Shown here: piece after piece, positions 28,007 through 38,065 of the stretch | How positions within the stretch are numbered: position 1 is the first letter of the stretch | Layout: the number at the start of each line of letters is the position of its first letter | Assembly (NCBI GenBank): GCA_963715865.1 | Contig: OY970280.1 | Span: 32,001-96,000, forward strand | From: Candidatus Bathyarchaeota archaeon | GTDB taxonomy: Archaea; Thermoproteota; Bathyarchaeia; Bathyarchaeales; Bathycorpusculaceae | DNA: 64,000 nt | Direction of reading: 5' to 3' | Notes under the pieces: model-generated | The model's input: only the letters and a program-made list of their open reading frames with translations | Database searches by the model: none | Told to the model about the DNA's origin: nothing | Position numbers and translations under genes: made by a program

Positions 28007-28163
28007 TTACTTTCACTCCTGAAACAAGATGCAACGGTTCTAAATAAGAATTCAAACCGCGGCTGTTACTGCCTAAGCACAGCCACATATCTTTATGAAC
28101 AATTCATTCGTGCTAGTCCGTTGTGTTCTAAAACCAAAGCTCCAAAAAATGGAGGTGACAGGT

Positions 28164-28301
28164 TTGTCAAGAAGGCAAAACAAAGAAGAAACGGAAAAAG
28201 GTAAAATGTCTGTAAGCGAAGCAGGTAGAAGAGGCGGCGCAAGGGGCGGTCCACGAGTCCGCGAATTAATACGTGAAGGAAAAGAACACGAACAAGAATA
28301 A
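28164..28301 (+). CDS. KGG-motif stress protein (GsiB/Em-like), 45 aa
   Basis: GGAGGTGA SD then TTG; KGKMSVSEAGRRGG motif. Confidence 0.8.
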   Translation: MSRRQNKEETEKGKMSVSEAGRRGGARGGPRVRELIREGKEHEQE

Positions 28302-28817
28302 AACAAATAACAACTTCAAGAATCCTTAAAAAAAACTTGTGCCCATAACCAGCATGCACGGAACTTTATCTCGCAGGTCTGCTTAGCGGGTGCTGAAAAG
28401 CTAAAACAACCTCCTCCATACTCAAAGCGTCCACAGATGGCTCTATTATCTCGACAAAACATTTCTGCGTTGTCGAAACTAATCTGCAGGCGAAGAAGCA
28501 TAATAGTATTCACTATTGAAAAAGGAAAAGTGTACACTAAACTACAGTAGGCATTCTAAAGGGCTCGATAGTCGCAACTAAAGCGCAAGCCAAAAAGCTG
28601 CGTTTGCCCGCTCAATTGTTTGAACAAAACTTTTACGCGATCGAACAAAACAGCAGACTCCAAGCCTTAGAACCTACATCTTGCTACTGGCTGATGCTGA
28701 AATTGTCTACTTTCAAAACAAAAACTGTATACTAGTTATGGGCATACTAAAAAAACACGACCATTCTTTAAAATTCATTTCAAAAATTTGATTCAAATTG
28801 GAGGTGAATTCTTGAGC

Positions 28818-28973
28818 ATGTCAAATAAAAGTAAGGCTGAACAAGGACGGTACATGTGCCCTGAATGCGGCCAAATTTTCAACGATAAAAAATCAGTTGA
28901 GAGCCACCTTCACATGATGCATGAGCAACACATAAGGACTGTGCATGAGGAATACCATCAGGGAATACATTAA
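28818..28973 (+). CDS. Single C2H2 zinc-finger microprotein with His-rich tail
   Basis: YMCPECGQIFNDKKSVESHLHMMH; GGAGGTGA SD. Confidence 0.8.
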   Translation: MSNKSKAEQGRYMCPECGQIFNDKKSVESHLHMMHEQHIRTVHEEYHQGIH

Positions 28974-29119
28974 AGTCTTGTTTTCTTTTCAACTTCTTTT
29001 CCAATTTTGCTAAATCTTCATTCCCTCAAAGCTAAAGAGTGACATGTAAATCATTGGATTTTAGTAAGTAAAGATTTTAGTCGGTGTACACCATAGAAGA
29101 GGCTAGGGTTAAAAGGGGA

Positions 29120-31828
29120 ATGGCGCAGCAAAGTTTAGACTTCTACTATAGGAAAGAGAGCAAACCCGAAAAAAAGCAAGAAGCAAAAGCGGAAGCCTAT
29201 CAAGCGCCATCACCTGCAGTTGCGGCTGAAGAAAAAAAACAGGAAAAGAAACGTCGCACGTTTCCACCAGTAGCACCTGAAAATCTGCCACCATCATATT
29301 TTGTTTCAGCATCCTACGATGGACGCCAAAAGAAAGCCGTAATAAAACTTTATGAGCCAGAATCAGGAAAAATCTACTTCTGGTACGATAACACCGGACA
29401 CAAACCCTACTGCCTCACAAACCTGTCACCGTACGAACTGGAAAAAATCGACCGTTTAATTAACCATGAAGGCTTTGACCATTTTGAACTACAAGAAAAA
29501 TTTGACCCCTTACTTAACCAAAACGTTAAAGTTACAAAAATAGTTGCGGGTGACCCATTAGCCATAGGCGGCAGACCCCAAGGCACAATAAGAGACATAA
29601 TCCCAGAGGACTTCCCCAAAGTCTCCGACGTGCCAGTTGCGCGAGAAGACATCAAGGTCTGGGAATCAAAAATAAAATATTATCAATCTTACATTTACGA
29701 CCGTCAACTTCTGCCAGGAATGATATACGAAGTTAAAAACGGCAATCTTGTTCCTAAAGTGCTTGAAGAAGCCACAGAAAACCTAAACAAAATAAAACTG
29801 CTCTTCAAAGAAGCCACCGATGAAGAACGCGAATATGCTGAAATGTGGGCAAAACTTCTCGAGTATCCTGCGCCGAAGTTCCGCAGGGCAGCCATAGACA
29901 TAGAAGTTTACGCGCCAATATCCACAAGAATGCCTGATCCACGGGAAGCAGCATGCCCAGTAATCGCCGTGTCGGTTTACAGTTCAGACGGCGAGAAAAA
30001 AGTATTAGTTCTTAAACGTGAAGGCGTGCGAGAAGGCAGCCAGCACTTAGCCGCGGACATAAAGGTGGAGTATTGCGAAACCGAGGAAGACCTGATTAGG
30101 AAAACATTCGATGTTCTCTGGGAATACCCGTTCATTTTAACTTTCAACGGCGACGACTTTGACCTTCGCTACCTTAGCCACCGAGCAATGAACTTAGGCT
30201 TTAGCAGAAATGAGGTTCCGATAGAAATAGGCAAACGCGTCTGCCTACTAAAATACGGCGTCCACATTGACCTATACAAGTTCTTCTTCAACAGGTCAGT
30301 GCAAATCTACGCCTTCAACAACCGCTACCGCGACGTAACTCTCGACGACGTAGGCAACGCGTTAATAGGAGTAGAAAAAATCCATTTGGAAAAAACTTTC
30401 GGAGACTTAACATACACTGAACTAGCGCAGTACTGCCTGCGCGACTCAGAAATCGCTTACAAACTGACCAGTTTCGAAGACGACTCAGCAATGAAGTTAA
30501 TCCTGGTCCTAGCCAGAATCAGCAGTATGCCAATGGAGGACGTAAGCCGCCAAGGCGTAAGCCGCTGGATACGAAACTTCATGCACCGTGAACACCGAAA
30601 AAGAAACATGCTAATACCGAACGCTGAAGACATTCTTACAAAAAAAGGCAAAACCGCCACTACAGCCATAATAAAAGGCAAAAAATACAAAGGCGCTATG
30701 GTCGTTGAACCAACTCCAGGCGTTCACTTTAACGTTGCCGTCATGGACTTTCCAAGCCTATACCCGTCAATAATTAAAGTTTGGAACCTCGGCTACCAAT
30801 CAATCCTATGCCCACATCCAGAATGCAGAAGCCACTTGATACCGGACACGCCGCATTGGGTGTGCACTAAGAAGCGGGCGTTAGAAAGTTTGCTCATTGG
30901 CTCGTTAAGAGATTTACGTGTGAAATGGTATAAGCAGCGCTCCAAAGACAAAACCTTACCGGCTGAACTCAGAAGCTGGTACAGCATCACTCAGGGAGCG
31001 CTTAAAGTTATTTTGAACGCCAGCTACGGGGTCTTCGGCGCCGACAGCTTCGACCTGTATTGTCCACCAGTAGCAGAAGCAACAGCAGCCATCGGCAGGT
31101 ACTCTATAACCCAAATACTCAAGCATGCGGAAGTGCTAGGCATACAGGTTCTCTACGGAGACACAGACAGCCTATTCCTGAAAAACCCTTCTAAAGAACA
31201 AGTGGAAGAATTAGTCCGCTACACAGAACATGAATTAAACATGGGCATCGACGTTGACAAAATCTACAGGTACGCGGTCTTTAGCTCTCGCAAAAAAAAT
31301 TATCTTGGAGTTTTAGAAGACGGCTCAGTTGACGTTAAAGGCTTAACAGGCAAGAAAAAACACATTCCAATTTTCATAAAAAATGCTTTTAACCAAATGA
31401 AAGAGAGGCTTGCAAAAGTTAAGAACCCCGAAGACTTCGAAAAAGCAAAAAAAGACATAGCTGAAATAATTCGCGAACGCTATACTATACTTAAAAGAAG
31501 AGAATGGGAAAGCATTAACGAGCTTGCGTTTCACGTGGTTTTAGGCGAAGAACTTGAACGGTACACGAAAACCACTCCTCAGCATGTTAAAGCTGCAAAA
31601 ATTCTAAGAGACAGCGGAAAGGAGCTAAGAGCAGGTGATTTGATTAGTTTCGTTAAAGTTATAAGGGACCCGCACGTGAAACCAGTTGAGTTAACATCAA
31701 AAAACGAGGTTGATGTTGACAAGTACATTGCTTATTTGCATTCTACTTTCGACCAAGTTCTGGATGCTTTAGGGTTAAGTTTTGATGAAATTATTGGCTT
31801 AACGAAACTTGAAAGGTTTCTTGCGTAA
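29120..31828 (+). CDS. polB1: Family B DNA polymerase, PolB1 type
   Basis: Exo DIE and FNGDDFD; DFPSLYPS, KVILNASYG, YGDTDS, KKNY, VKGL. Confidence 0.95.
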   Translation: MAQQSLDFYYRKESKPEKKQEAKAEAYQAPSPAVAAEEKKQEKKRRTFPPVAPENLPPSYFVSASYDGRQKKAVIKLYEPESGKIYFWYDNTGHKPYCLTNLSPYELEKIDRLINHEGFDHFELQEKFDPLLNQNVKVTKIVAGDPLAIGGRPQGTIRDIIPEDFPKVSDVPVAREDIKVWESKIKYYQSYIYDRQLLPGMIYEVKNGNLVPKVLEEATENLNKIKLLFKEATDEEREYAEMWAKLLEYPAPKFRRAAIDIEVYAPISTRMPDPREAACPVIAVSVYSSDGEKKVLVLKREGVREGSQHLAADIKVEYCETEEDLIRKTFDVLWEYPFILTFNGDDFDLRYLSHRAMNLGFSRNEVPIEIGKRVCLLKYGVHIDLYKFFFNRSVQIYAFNNRYRDVTLDDVGNALIGVEKIHLEKTFGDLTYTELAQYCLRDSEIAYKLTSFEDDSAMKLILVLARISSMPMEDVSRQGVSRWIRNFMHREHRKRNMLIPNAEDILTKKGKTATTAIIKGKKYKGAMVVEPTPGVHFNVAVMDFPSLYPSIIKVWNLGYQSILCPHPECRSHLIPDTPHWVCTKKRALESLLIGSLRDLRVKWYKQRSKDKTLPAELRSWYSITQGALKVILNASYGVFGADSFDLYCPPVAEATAAIGRYSITQILKHAEVLGIQVLYGDTDSLFLKNPSKEQVEELVRYTEHELNMGIDVDKIYRYAVFSSRKKNYLGVLEDGSVDVKGLTGKKKHIPIFIKNAFNQMKERLAKVKNPEDFEKAKKDIAEIIRERYTILKRREWESINELAFHVVLGEELERYTKTTPQHVKAAKILRDSGKELRAGDLISFVKVIRDPHVKPVELTSKNEVDVDKYIAYLHSTFDQVLDALGLSFDEIIGLTKLERFLA

Positions 31829-31830
31829 TT

Positions 31831-31865
31831 ATAGCAGTTGAATAATTACGATAGCAGTTGAATAA
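31831..31865. repeat. Short tandem duplication at a convergent gene junction
   Basis: ATAGCAGTTGAATAA at 31831 and 31851 (20-bp period). Confidence 0.85.
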
Positions 31866-32724
31866 GAATGCCTAGTAACGTGAAAAATGCAACTATCAAA
31901 GATATTATTGCAACTACTTGGCGCTCAGTTAATGGCCGATGGTAAGTTATCACTGTGATTAGGCTCCTTCTATGATCAGATGAAAGCTTTTTCCCATCAA
32001 AGATAACTCTGGCTTTTTTGCGAACAAAGAAAACAGACAGCAATACAATTGATGAATTGAAAATGTAAGGCAGAATTGAAACTAGCAGGCTCAATTTTAA
32101 ATCCGAAATTATGGTAAATGAGGCTATAGTCATTCCAATGGCAAAGGAGCCTGAGTTGCCCACGAAAATTTTGCCTTTAAAATTGAAATAGGCCAAAATT
32201 AGCCAGAACATTAAGGGTCCGAGCATTAGAATGTATGATGGTGATAGAGCCATTAATCCTATGATAACTATGGCTGGGCATATTGTTTCTAAACCGTTCA
32301 ATCCGCCCAGTTGGTTTACAGTGTTTGTAACTATCATAACGATTAAGGGAATAATCACGTAGAAGTATATTGAACCGAACTGTATTGTGCCTACAAGCGG
32401 TAGCGATATGGATGTTCTGGTTGATGGATTTGCAAGCGCGAAATATATGAGGGGTAATACGGCGATTAAGGGCATGAATGCTTTGTAGCGCCATTTTAGG
32501 TCCATCCAGTCATCAAGTAAGCCCATAAAGCCGCCGAAAAGAATGCATGCGGCTAAGGTTAATGGTGCCGAAATAGGTGCTGATGCGTCTGCTGGATTTT
32601 TTATGAATCCTGAGAAATAGAGAAGAAAAAGGTAAACAGTGGTGAATAGGACGTAAAGTACGCCTAAACCGTTGGAAATTAAAGGTTGGCCAACCTTATG
32701 CTGATCTGGAACCTTTGGAAACAC
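31846..32724 (-). CDS. Polyprenyl-phosphate HexNAc-1-phosphate transferase (AglH/GPT/MraY-like family)
   Basis: DQHK..P, GLLDDW, NTVNQLGGLNGLE, FVGNSGS; adjacent to aglB. Confidence 0.85.
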   Translation of the reverse strand: MFPKVPDQHKVGQPLISNGLGVLYVLFTTVYLFLLYFSGFIKNPADASAPISAPLTLAACILFGGFMGLLDDWMDLKWRYKAFMPLIAVLPLIYFALANPSTRTSISLPLVGTIQFGSIYFYVIIPLIVMIVTNTVNQLGGLNGLETICPAIVIIGLMALSPSYILMLGPLMFWLILAYFNFKGKIFVGNSGSFAIGMTIASFTIISDLKLSLLVSILPYIFNSSIVLLSVFFVRKKARVIFDGKKLSSDHRRSLITVITYHRPLTERQVVAIISLIVAFFTLLGILIQLLS

Positions 32725-32750
32725 TCCGTCGCTTCCTTGCTTCTAATATT

Positions 32751-35069
32751 TTAGCCTGTGCCTGTTGTGCCTGTCGCTGCGTAGTATGCTGGCCAGTCGA
32801 TTTGGTAGATAGCTACTATCGGTACTAGTCCGCCGTATTGGCCTGGTGATGTTTCTAAGCCGGCGAAGTAAGCTTCTTTAAAGTATGTTGGCGTTGTAGT
32901 TGTTGCATCTGGCGAAATGCTGATTCCTGCCGCACTCAACGTGTTGCAATATTGTACTTCCGCATAGTTCATCAATTCGTATACAGTACAGTTCTCTCCT
33001 TGGTCGTTCCATTGCCACCGATTAGTTGTTGAACTAGTATTGCCAAATGTTGTTTCATTAGTCCATGCTGTTGCTGCATTCATGTAGCCTTCTTGTATTA
33101 GCCTATTCTTGGCTTCTCCTGAAATTCTTGCCATCCACACCCATTTTCCTTCGTCTCCATATCCGGCTGGATATGCAATGTATGATGAGCTGCCGCTGCT
33201 TGACTGGCCTATTTGGAGGACAGTGAAGACGAGGATGTAATTGACGCGTCCAGGATTATTATAGTCATTATAACTACCTAGCATTTGCATTGACTGGTTT
33301 TCGTTGCCCATGAATATTAAGCCTAGGTTTTCGATTTGTGTGCTATTTACTGTAGTGTTATCTGCAAAAGACGTTACGTTTCCAAGGTCAGCTAACCAGT
33401 TGCCGTAGTCCCACCAAGCAACTACCACATCTGTTGAGTGAGCGTTATTTTTTAGCCAACTTATCGCGTTAAGCCATGCGTCTACTGGTTGGGTGAGACT
33501 TGCACCGCCTAGTGGAAGGCTTGAATCGCTAATTGCTGTTGGTACGAAAGCTTGGTCGATGGCTCTTGGCATTCCGCCAGTTTGTGGTGAGAAGGCTAAG
33601 TTGGTTACCAGAATAATGAATATCAGGAAGACTGCGACACCGCTGTATTCCTTGCTTACGCGTGCTATTCTATGTTTTGTTTTTGCGATAACACGTGGAG
33701 ATTCCTGTAGCAAAGTGTAAAATGGTTTTATTAAGCTCAGAATACCAATTCCTGCTATGATGGCGAAGGCTGGAGCAAAAATGACTAGTAAGCGTATCAT
33801 TGAAGAGGCGAAATAAAGTGCTGTTACAGCGAAAAGCAACAGGAAAACGTTTCTGTTTGTAGGATTCCTTAATGTAAAGTATAAGCCGACAAGGAAGAAC
33901 AATATACCTATACCTAGTTCAATGTATATGTTTCCCCAAGCTGAAATTCTCTGTTCCGCAACTGAATCAATAAGAGGCGAAGTAGCTCGGATGAAGGGGT
34001 CTAAAACTGTATCGAATTTTCCAGCAACGCCACCAAGAAATCCAGTTAGCCAAAGTCCACTAAAACCGCCAACAATTACAACTAGTGACGAAATGGCTAT
34101 TAGAACCTTGGTTCTCATGGATATGTTATTCCGTAAAATTTCTGCAACTATAAGTACAATGAATACTCCAGCGACCGGAACTACTGCACCGTCAAATACA
34201 TAGTGAAGTCCAATATATGGAACCTTTGTTGCAATAGCTAATCCTAGACCAAAAGTTATGCTGTAACTAACCAAAAGCCGTTGATTATACCTTTTCAATA
34301 GAACCATTACAAAAGCAAATAGCGCGGCCAAGTCAAGCATGTAGTATGATGTACCCCAGCCTGCTATGAAATATGCTATAGCAGCGCCAGCGCCTAAGGA
34401 GTAAAATATGGATGAACGTAAAGACCTATTATTGTCAATCGACCTTAGAAACAGGAACATGAACAAAATAAGTCCAAGTACACCTGGGACTTCTGTGTCG
34501 AAGAATCCAAGAGAGCTTCTTTGTAGGAATGATGGTGCTAACGCCAAGAATAGCGCGGCGAATAAGCCTACTGCTTTTCCACCATAATCTTTGCCTACTA
34601 AGTATAATATTAGACAATCAATTACGCCTATGATGGCAGGTAGTATTGCGCAAAATGTCATTAAATCAATATTTGCGCCAAATACTTGGGTAATATCATA
34701 GAGTACTGCTGCTGTCATAGGTAGTGATGGCAAAGCATTAGTCATGTCAAGCCCAAAAGGATACCACTTTTGCATGTTAACCCAACCTGTCGGCCAATAA
34801 GGTGAAAGCAGACCGTTATTTACCATATGCTGGGTTATGCTGAATTGGTAGTAGGGGTCAAACTCGTTAAGAAACGATGTTCCTCCGGAAAGATTTTCCC
34901 AGCGTAGCGGTAAAATGCGGATGGTAAAGGCAACAAAGAGTATTAGAGCTAACGCGGAGTATGCTATTATTGAGCCGTGGCTTACTTGGATGCGTAATCT
35001 ACTGAAAGGTGCCAGGCGGTTACTGAGTCGTTCCTTAATTCCTTCCCCCACTTTAAGCCATCTCTTCAC
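32751..35069 (-). CDS. aglB: Oligosaccharyltransferase catalytic subunit AglB/STT3
   Basis: EFDPYYQ, DTE, SVAEQ and WWDYG motifs; multi-TM N-terminal region. Confidence 0.95.
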   Translation of the reverse strand: MKRWLKVGEGIKERLSNRLAPFSRLRIQVSHGSIIAYSALALILFVAFTIRILPLRWENLSGGTSFLNEFDPYYQFSITQHMVNNGLLSPYWPTGWVNMQKWYPFGLDMTNALPSLPMTAAVLYDITQVFGANIDLMTFCAILPAIIGVIDCLILYLVGKDYGGKAVGLFAALFLALAPSFLQRSSLGFFDTEVPGVLGLILFMFLFLRSIDNNRSLRSSIFYSLGAGAAIAYFIAGWGTSYYMLDLAALFAFVMVLLKRYNQRLLVSYSITFGLGLAIATKVPYIGLHYVFDGAVVPVAGVFIVLIVAEILRNNISMRTKVLIAISSLVVIVGGFSGLWLTGFLGGVAGKFDTVLDPFIRATSPLIDSVAEQRISAWGNIYIELGIGILFFLVGLYFTLRNPTNRNVFLLLFAVTALYFASSMIRLLVIFAPAFAIIAGIGILSLIKPFYTLLQESPRVIAKTKHRIARVSKEYSGVAVFLIFIILVTNLAFSPQTGGMPRAIDQAFVPTAISDSSLPLGGASLTQPVDAWLNAISWLKNNAHSTDVVVAWWDYGNWLADLGNVTSFADNTTVNSTQIENLGLIFMGNENQSMQMLGSYNDYNNPGRVNYILVFTVLQIGQSSSGSSSYIAYPAGYGDEGKWVWMARISGEAKNRLIQEGYMNAATAWTNETTFGNTSSTTNRWQWNDQGENCTVYELMNYAEVQYCNTLSAAGISISPDATTTTPTYFKEAYFAGLETSPGQYGGLVPIVAIYQIDWPAYYAATGTTGTG

Positions 35070-35449
35070 ACATTAATTGCGAGTGTAATTATTTTTCTTG
35101 TTAATCTTAATTTATACACAATGGACATTTATTTATGGCTTTCCAAAATGAATCAAAATGGCCTTGGGGGTTTAAGGTAGTCTATTATGTGCACCACAAT
35201 CTAAGGACTAAACTTTAGAGCCCTTTTTAACCAGAAACTCTCTCAATTCCGCTAAAACAGACATAAAACAGTTTCAGAAATCCTGAAGGGCAAACTAACT
35301 TTAAACAAAGTTCTTTTTTCTATGAATCCTGTTTTGGACAGGCGTTGCATGGCTTCGGGTTAGGTACTTACCATTCCGGTTTTGACGGTTTTTCCCCGAT
35401 AAGTCTCTTCTGATAGGTAAATCAAAGCTTTTGTGGGTGTACCCAACTT

Positions 35450-35620
35450 TCAACGCTTACTCATGGGTTTAACTTCAACATCTATGGGTAACAATGAAAG
35501 TTTTCTATTGCATTTTGGGCATTTTCCACCATTTTGCGAAATAATTTCATCTGGTGGTCTAAGCTCAATGCCTTCATATAAAATATGATTGCATCCATGG
35601 CAAATAACACGTTGTGGCAT
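35450..35620 (-). CDS. 56-aa zinc-ribbon protein
   Basis: Not in track: MPQRVICHGCNHILYEGIELRPPDEIISQNGGKCPKCNRKLSLLPIDVEVKPMSKR*, two CxxC pairs. Confidence 0.8.
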   Translation of the reverse strand: MPQRVICHGCNHILYEGIELRPPDEIISQNGGKCPKCNRKLSLLPIDVEVKPMSKR

Positions 35621-35768
35621 CCCAAATCCCCCGATAATAACATCCTATGGCATATTTATTGGTTGCTTAAAAGATTAACCTGCAACTGAAACAAGGTTTG
35701 GCGAGTTACTGTAAAGCTTATTTTAAGAGAAAGATTATTTGGAATGTTTAAGCGTGGTTTAACAGCGT

Positions 35769-37844
35769 TTGGGAAAATACACGTTAATTATCACTGAAAA
35801 ACCTGATGCCGCAAACAGAATAGCGATGGCTTTGGACGTTGATGGAAAAGCCAAAAAAATAGTTGATAGCGGCGTTACATTTTATCAAGCATACAGGAAC
35901 GGCGACATGGTTGTTGTTCCAGCTCTTGGGCATTTATACACGGTTGCAAGCAAGGAAAGAACTAAACGAGATTATCCAGTTTTTGATTATCAATGGGTTC
36001 CAAGATACCTAGCCGAACGAGGGGCATCAAAGATCCGTATTTGGCTGAAAGTAATTGCGAAACTAGCAGAAAACGCTGAAGAGTTCGTGGATGCCTGCGA
36101 CTTCGACATTGAAGGCAGCATCATAGGCTACTGTATACTCAAGTATGCTTGCGGCAGCAAAGAAGAAACTGCCAAACGCATGAAATATTCCACACTCACA
36201 AAAGAAGAACTGCAAGAATCCTACGCTCACCTATTGCCACATTTGGATTTTGCTCTCGTTGAAGCTGGATTGACAAGGCATGAAGTAGATTGGCTATACG
36301 GCATAAACCTGTCTAGAGCCTTAACAGTGGCTGCGAAAAACAGCAGCGGACAATACGCTACACTCAGCACTGGCAGAGTGCAAGGACCAACCCTCAAATT
36401 TCTGGAAGACCGAGAAAAAACCATAAAGTGCTTCGTGCCCACTCCCTATTGGAGCATAACCGCTAAAATAAACATAAACGGCACAGCTTACCAAGCTGAT
36501 TATGAAAAAATCCTCGAAAGCAAGCAAGAAGCAACGATAGTAGTTGATGCTTGCAAAACTAAGGAAGGCCAAATAGAAACAATAGCGGTAAAAGAGTTTG
36601 AGCAGAACCCACCGTTACCCTTCGACTTGGGCTCTTTGCAAAGTGAAGCTTACAGAATTTTCCGGTACACGCCGATGCGTACTTCAAACATCGCTCAGCA
36701 CCTGTACTTAGATGCATTAATCTCTTATCCACGGACAAGCAGCCAAAAGCTTCCGCCAGCAATCGGCTACGAAACCATATTGAGAAAACTGGGTAAAGTG
36801 CCTGCTTACGCGAAACAGGTAGCTGAATTACTCTCAAAACCAGCATTGAAGCCAAATGAAGGAGAAAAAGCTGACTCAGCGCATCCAGCCATTTACCCGA
36901 CTGGAAACCTGCCTGAAAAACCCCTTGGCACTGCTGAAAGAAATATTTTTGATCTTATCGTCTGCAGGTTCATGGCTGTTTTCGGTGAGCCCGCAGTTCG
37001 TCAAAGCGTGAAAGTAACATTAGGCATTAATGGAAACCATTTTCAACTAAACGGAATACGAACGTTAAGTGAAGGTTGGCTTCGATTTTACGAACCGTAC
37101 GTCCAGCTGAAAGATGTAACTTTGCCACCCTTAACTGAAGGTCAAAAAATTGCTGTTAAAGGAGTAGTTCTGAAGGACAATTTCACTAAACCGCCAGCGA
37201 GGTATAACCCTCGCAGTTTACTTTTGAAAATGGAAAAAGAGGAAATAGGAACCAAAGCGACAAGAGCAGCAATCATACAAACATTGTACGACCGCAAATA
37301 CCTCCACGGGACCGATAGTCTTGTCGTTTCTGACCTTGGCTTTGAAGTCATCGAAATCCTATCAAAGTATTGTCCAACCGTTGTCTCCCCTGAACTAACA
37401 AGAAATCTTGAAGAGAAAATGAATGAAATCCAGCAAGGGAAAGAAACAAAAGAAGTTGTCCTGCAAAATGCCATTGAAATCCTAAAGCCAGTCATATTAG
37501 AGCTTAAAGAAAATGAATCAGTTATAGGTAAACAATTAAATCAAGCATTAAAAAAAGCTCGGCTGGAAGAAAGAATAGTTGGTGCATGCCCAAAATGTGC
37601 TGATGGAAAACTAGTGATTTTACACTCGAAAAAAACAGGTAAACGCTTTGTTGGCTGCACAAACTATTTTGAAGGCAAATGTAACGCAGCCTTTCCACTG
37701 CCGCAAAGTGGCTCGGTGAAACCTTTAGGCAGCGTTTGCAAAAGCTGTGGCTGGCCCACATTACGGGTATGGATGAAAGGAAAGAGGCCTTGGAAATTAT
37801 GCCTAAATCCTAATTGCCCGTCGAAAGGAGCGAGCAACCAGTGA
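35769..37844 (+). CDS. topA: DNA topoisomerase I (type IA)
   Basis: ITEKP, DFDIEG (TOPRIM), GRVQGPTL, ISYPRT (catalytic Tyr), IGTKATR, C-terminal zinc ribbons. Confidence 0.96.
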   Translation: MGKYTLIITEKPDAANRIAMALDVDGKAKKIVDSGVTFYQAYRNGDMVVVPALGHLYTVASKERTKRDYPVFDYQWVPRYLAERGASKIRIWLKVIAKLAENAEEFVDACDFDIEGSIIGYCILKYACGSKEETAKRMKYSTLTKEELQESYAHLLPHLDFALVEAGLTRHEVDWLYGINLSRALTVAAKNSSGQYATLSTGRVQGPTLKFLEDREKTIKCFVPTPYWSITAKININGTAYQADYEKILESKQEATIVVDACKTKEGQIETIAVKEFEQNPPLPFDLGSLQSEAYRIFRYTPMRTSNIAQHLYLDALISYPRTSSQKLPPAIGYETILRKLGKVPAYAKQVAELLSKPALKPNEGEKADSAHPAIYPTGNLPEKPLGTAERNIFDLIVCRFMAVFGEPAVRQSVKVTLGINGNHFQLNGIRTLSEGWLRFYEPYVQLKDVTLPPLTEGQKIAVKGVVLKDNFTKPPARYNPRSLLLKMEKEEIGTKATRAAIIQTLYDRKYLHGTDSLVVSDLGFEVIEILSKYCPTVVSPELTRNLEEKMNEIQQGKETKEVVLQNAIEILKPVILELKENESVIGKQLNQALKKARLEERIVGACPKCADGKLVILHSKKTGKRFVGCTNYFEGKCNAAFPLPQSGSVKPLGSVCKSCGWPTLRVWMKGKRPWKLCLNPNCPSKGASNQ

Positions 37845-38065
37845 AATGCAAAATATGCAGTAAAGATGCCCAAGAAAACGGTTTTTGTATGCTGCATTTA
37901 AAAGCTTACCAAAATATTATCGATAAATTTGATGTATGGAAGAAAGCATCAGATACTCTTTGGATGGAATATTTAGTTGAGATTCAGAAAAATTCATTAA
38001 CTGGAGAATGGGCTAAAGAAGTAGCAAAGTACCTAATCAAGGAAGAGAACGGAAATGTCAAGTAA
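37841..38065 (+). CDS. Small conserved-looking protein with CxxC...CxxH motif
   Basis: GTGA overlap with the topA stop; MKCKICSK...FCMLH. Confidence 0.75.
   Translation: MKCKICSKDAQENGFCMLHLKAYQNIIDKFDVWKKASDTLWMEYLVEIQKNSLTGEWAKEVAKYLIKEENGNVK

Noticed and set aside
28316-28790. ORFs or ncRNA in the ~480-bp gap between the KGG and zinc-finger genes
   Set aside because: Frames checked by hand lack a start/SD or protein-like content, and no convincing stem structure was seen.
35301-35453. 50-codon TTG ORF overlapping the zinc-ribbon stop on - strand
   Set aside because: The TTGA overlap is suggestive, but the sequence has no motif and no SD. Left unsupported.
29120-37844. Inteins in PolB1 or TopA
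   Set aside because: Lengths are normal and there are no C/S...HN splice motifs or LAGLIDADG insert.
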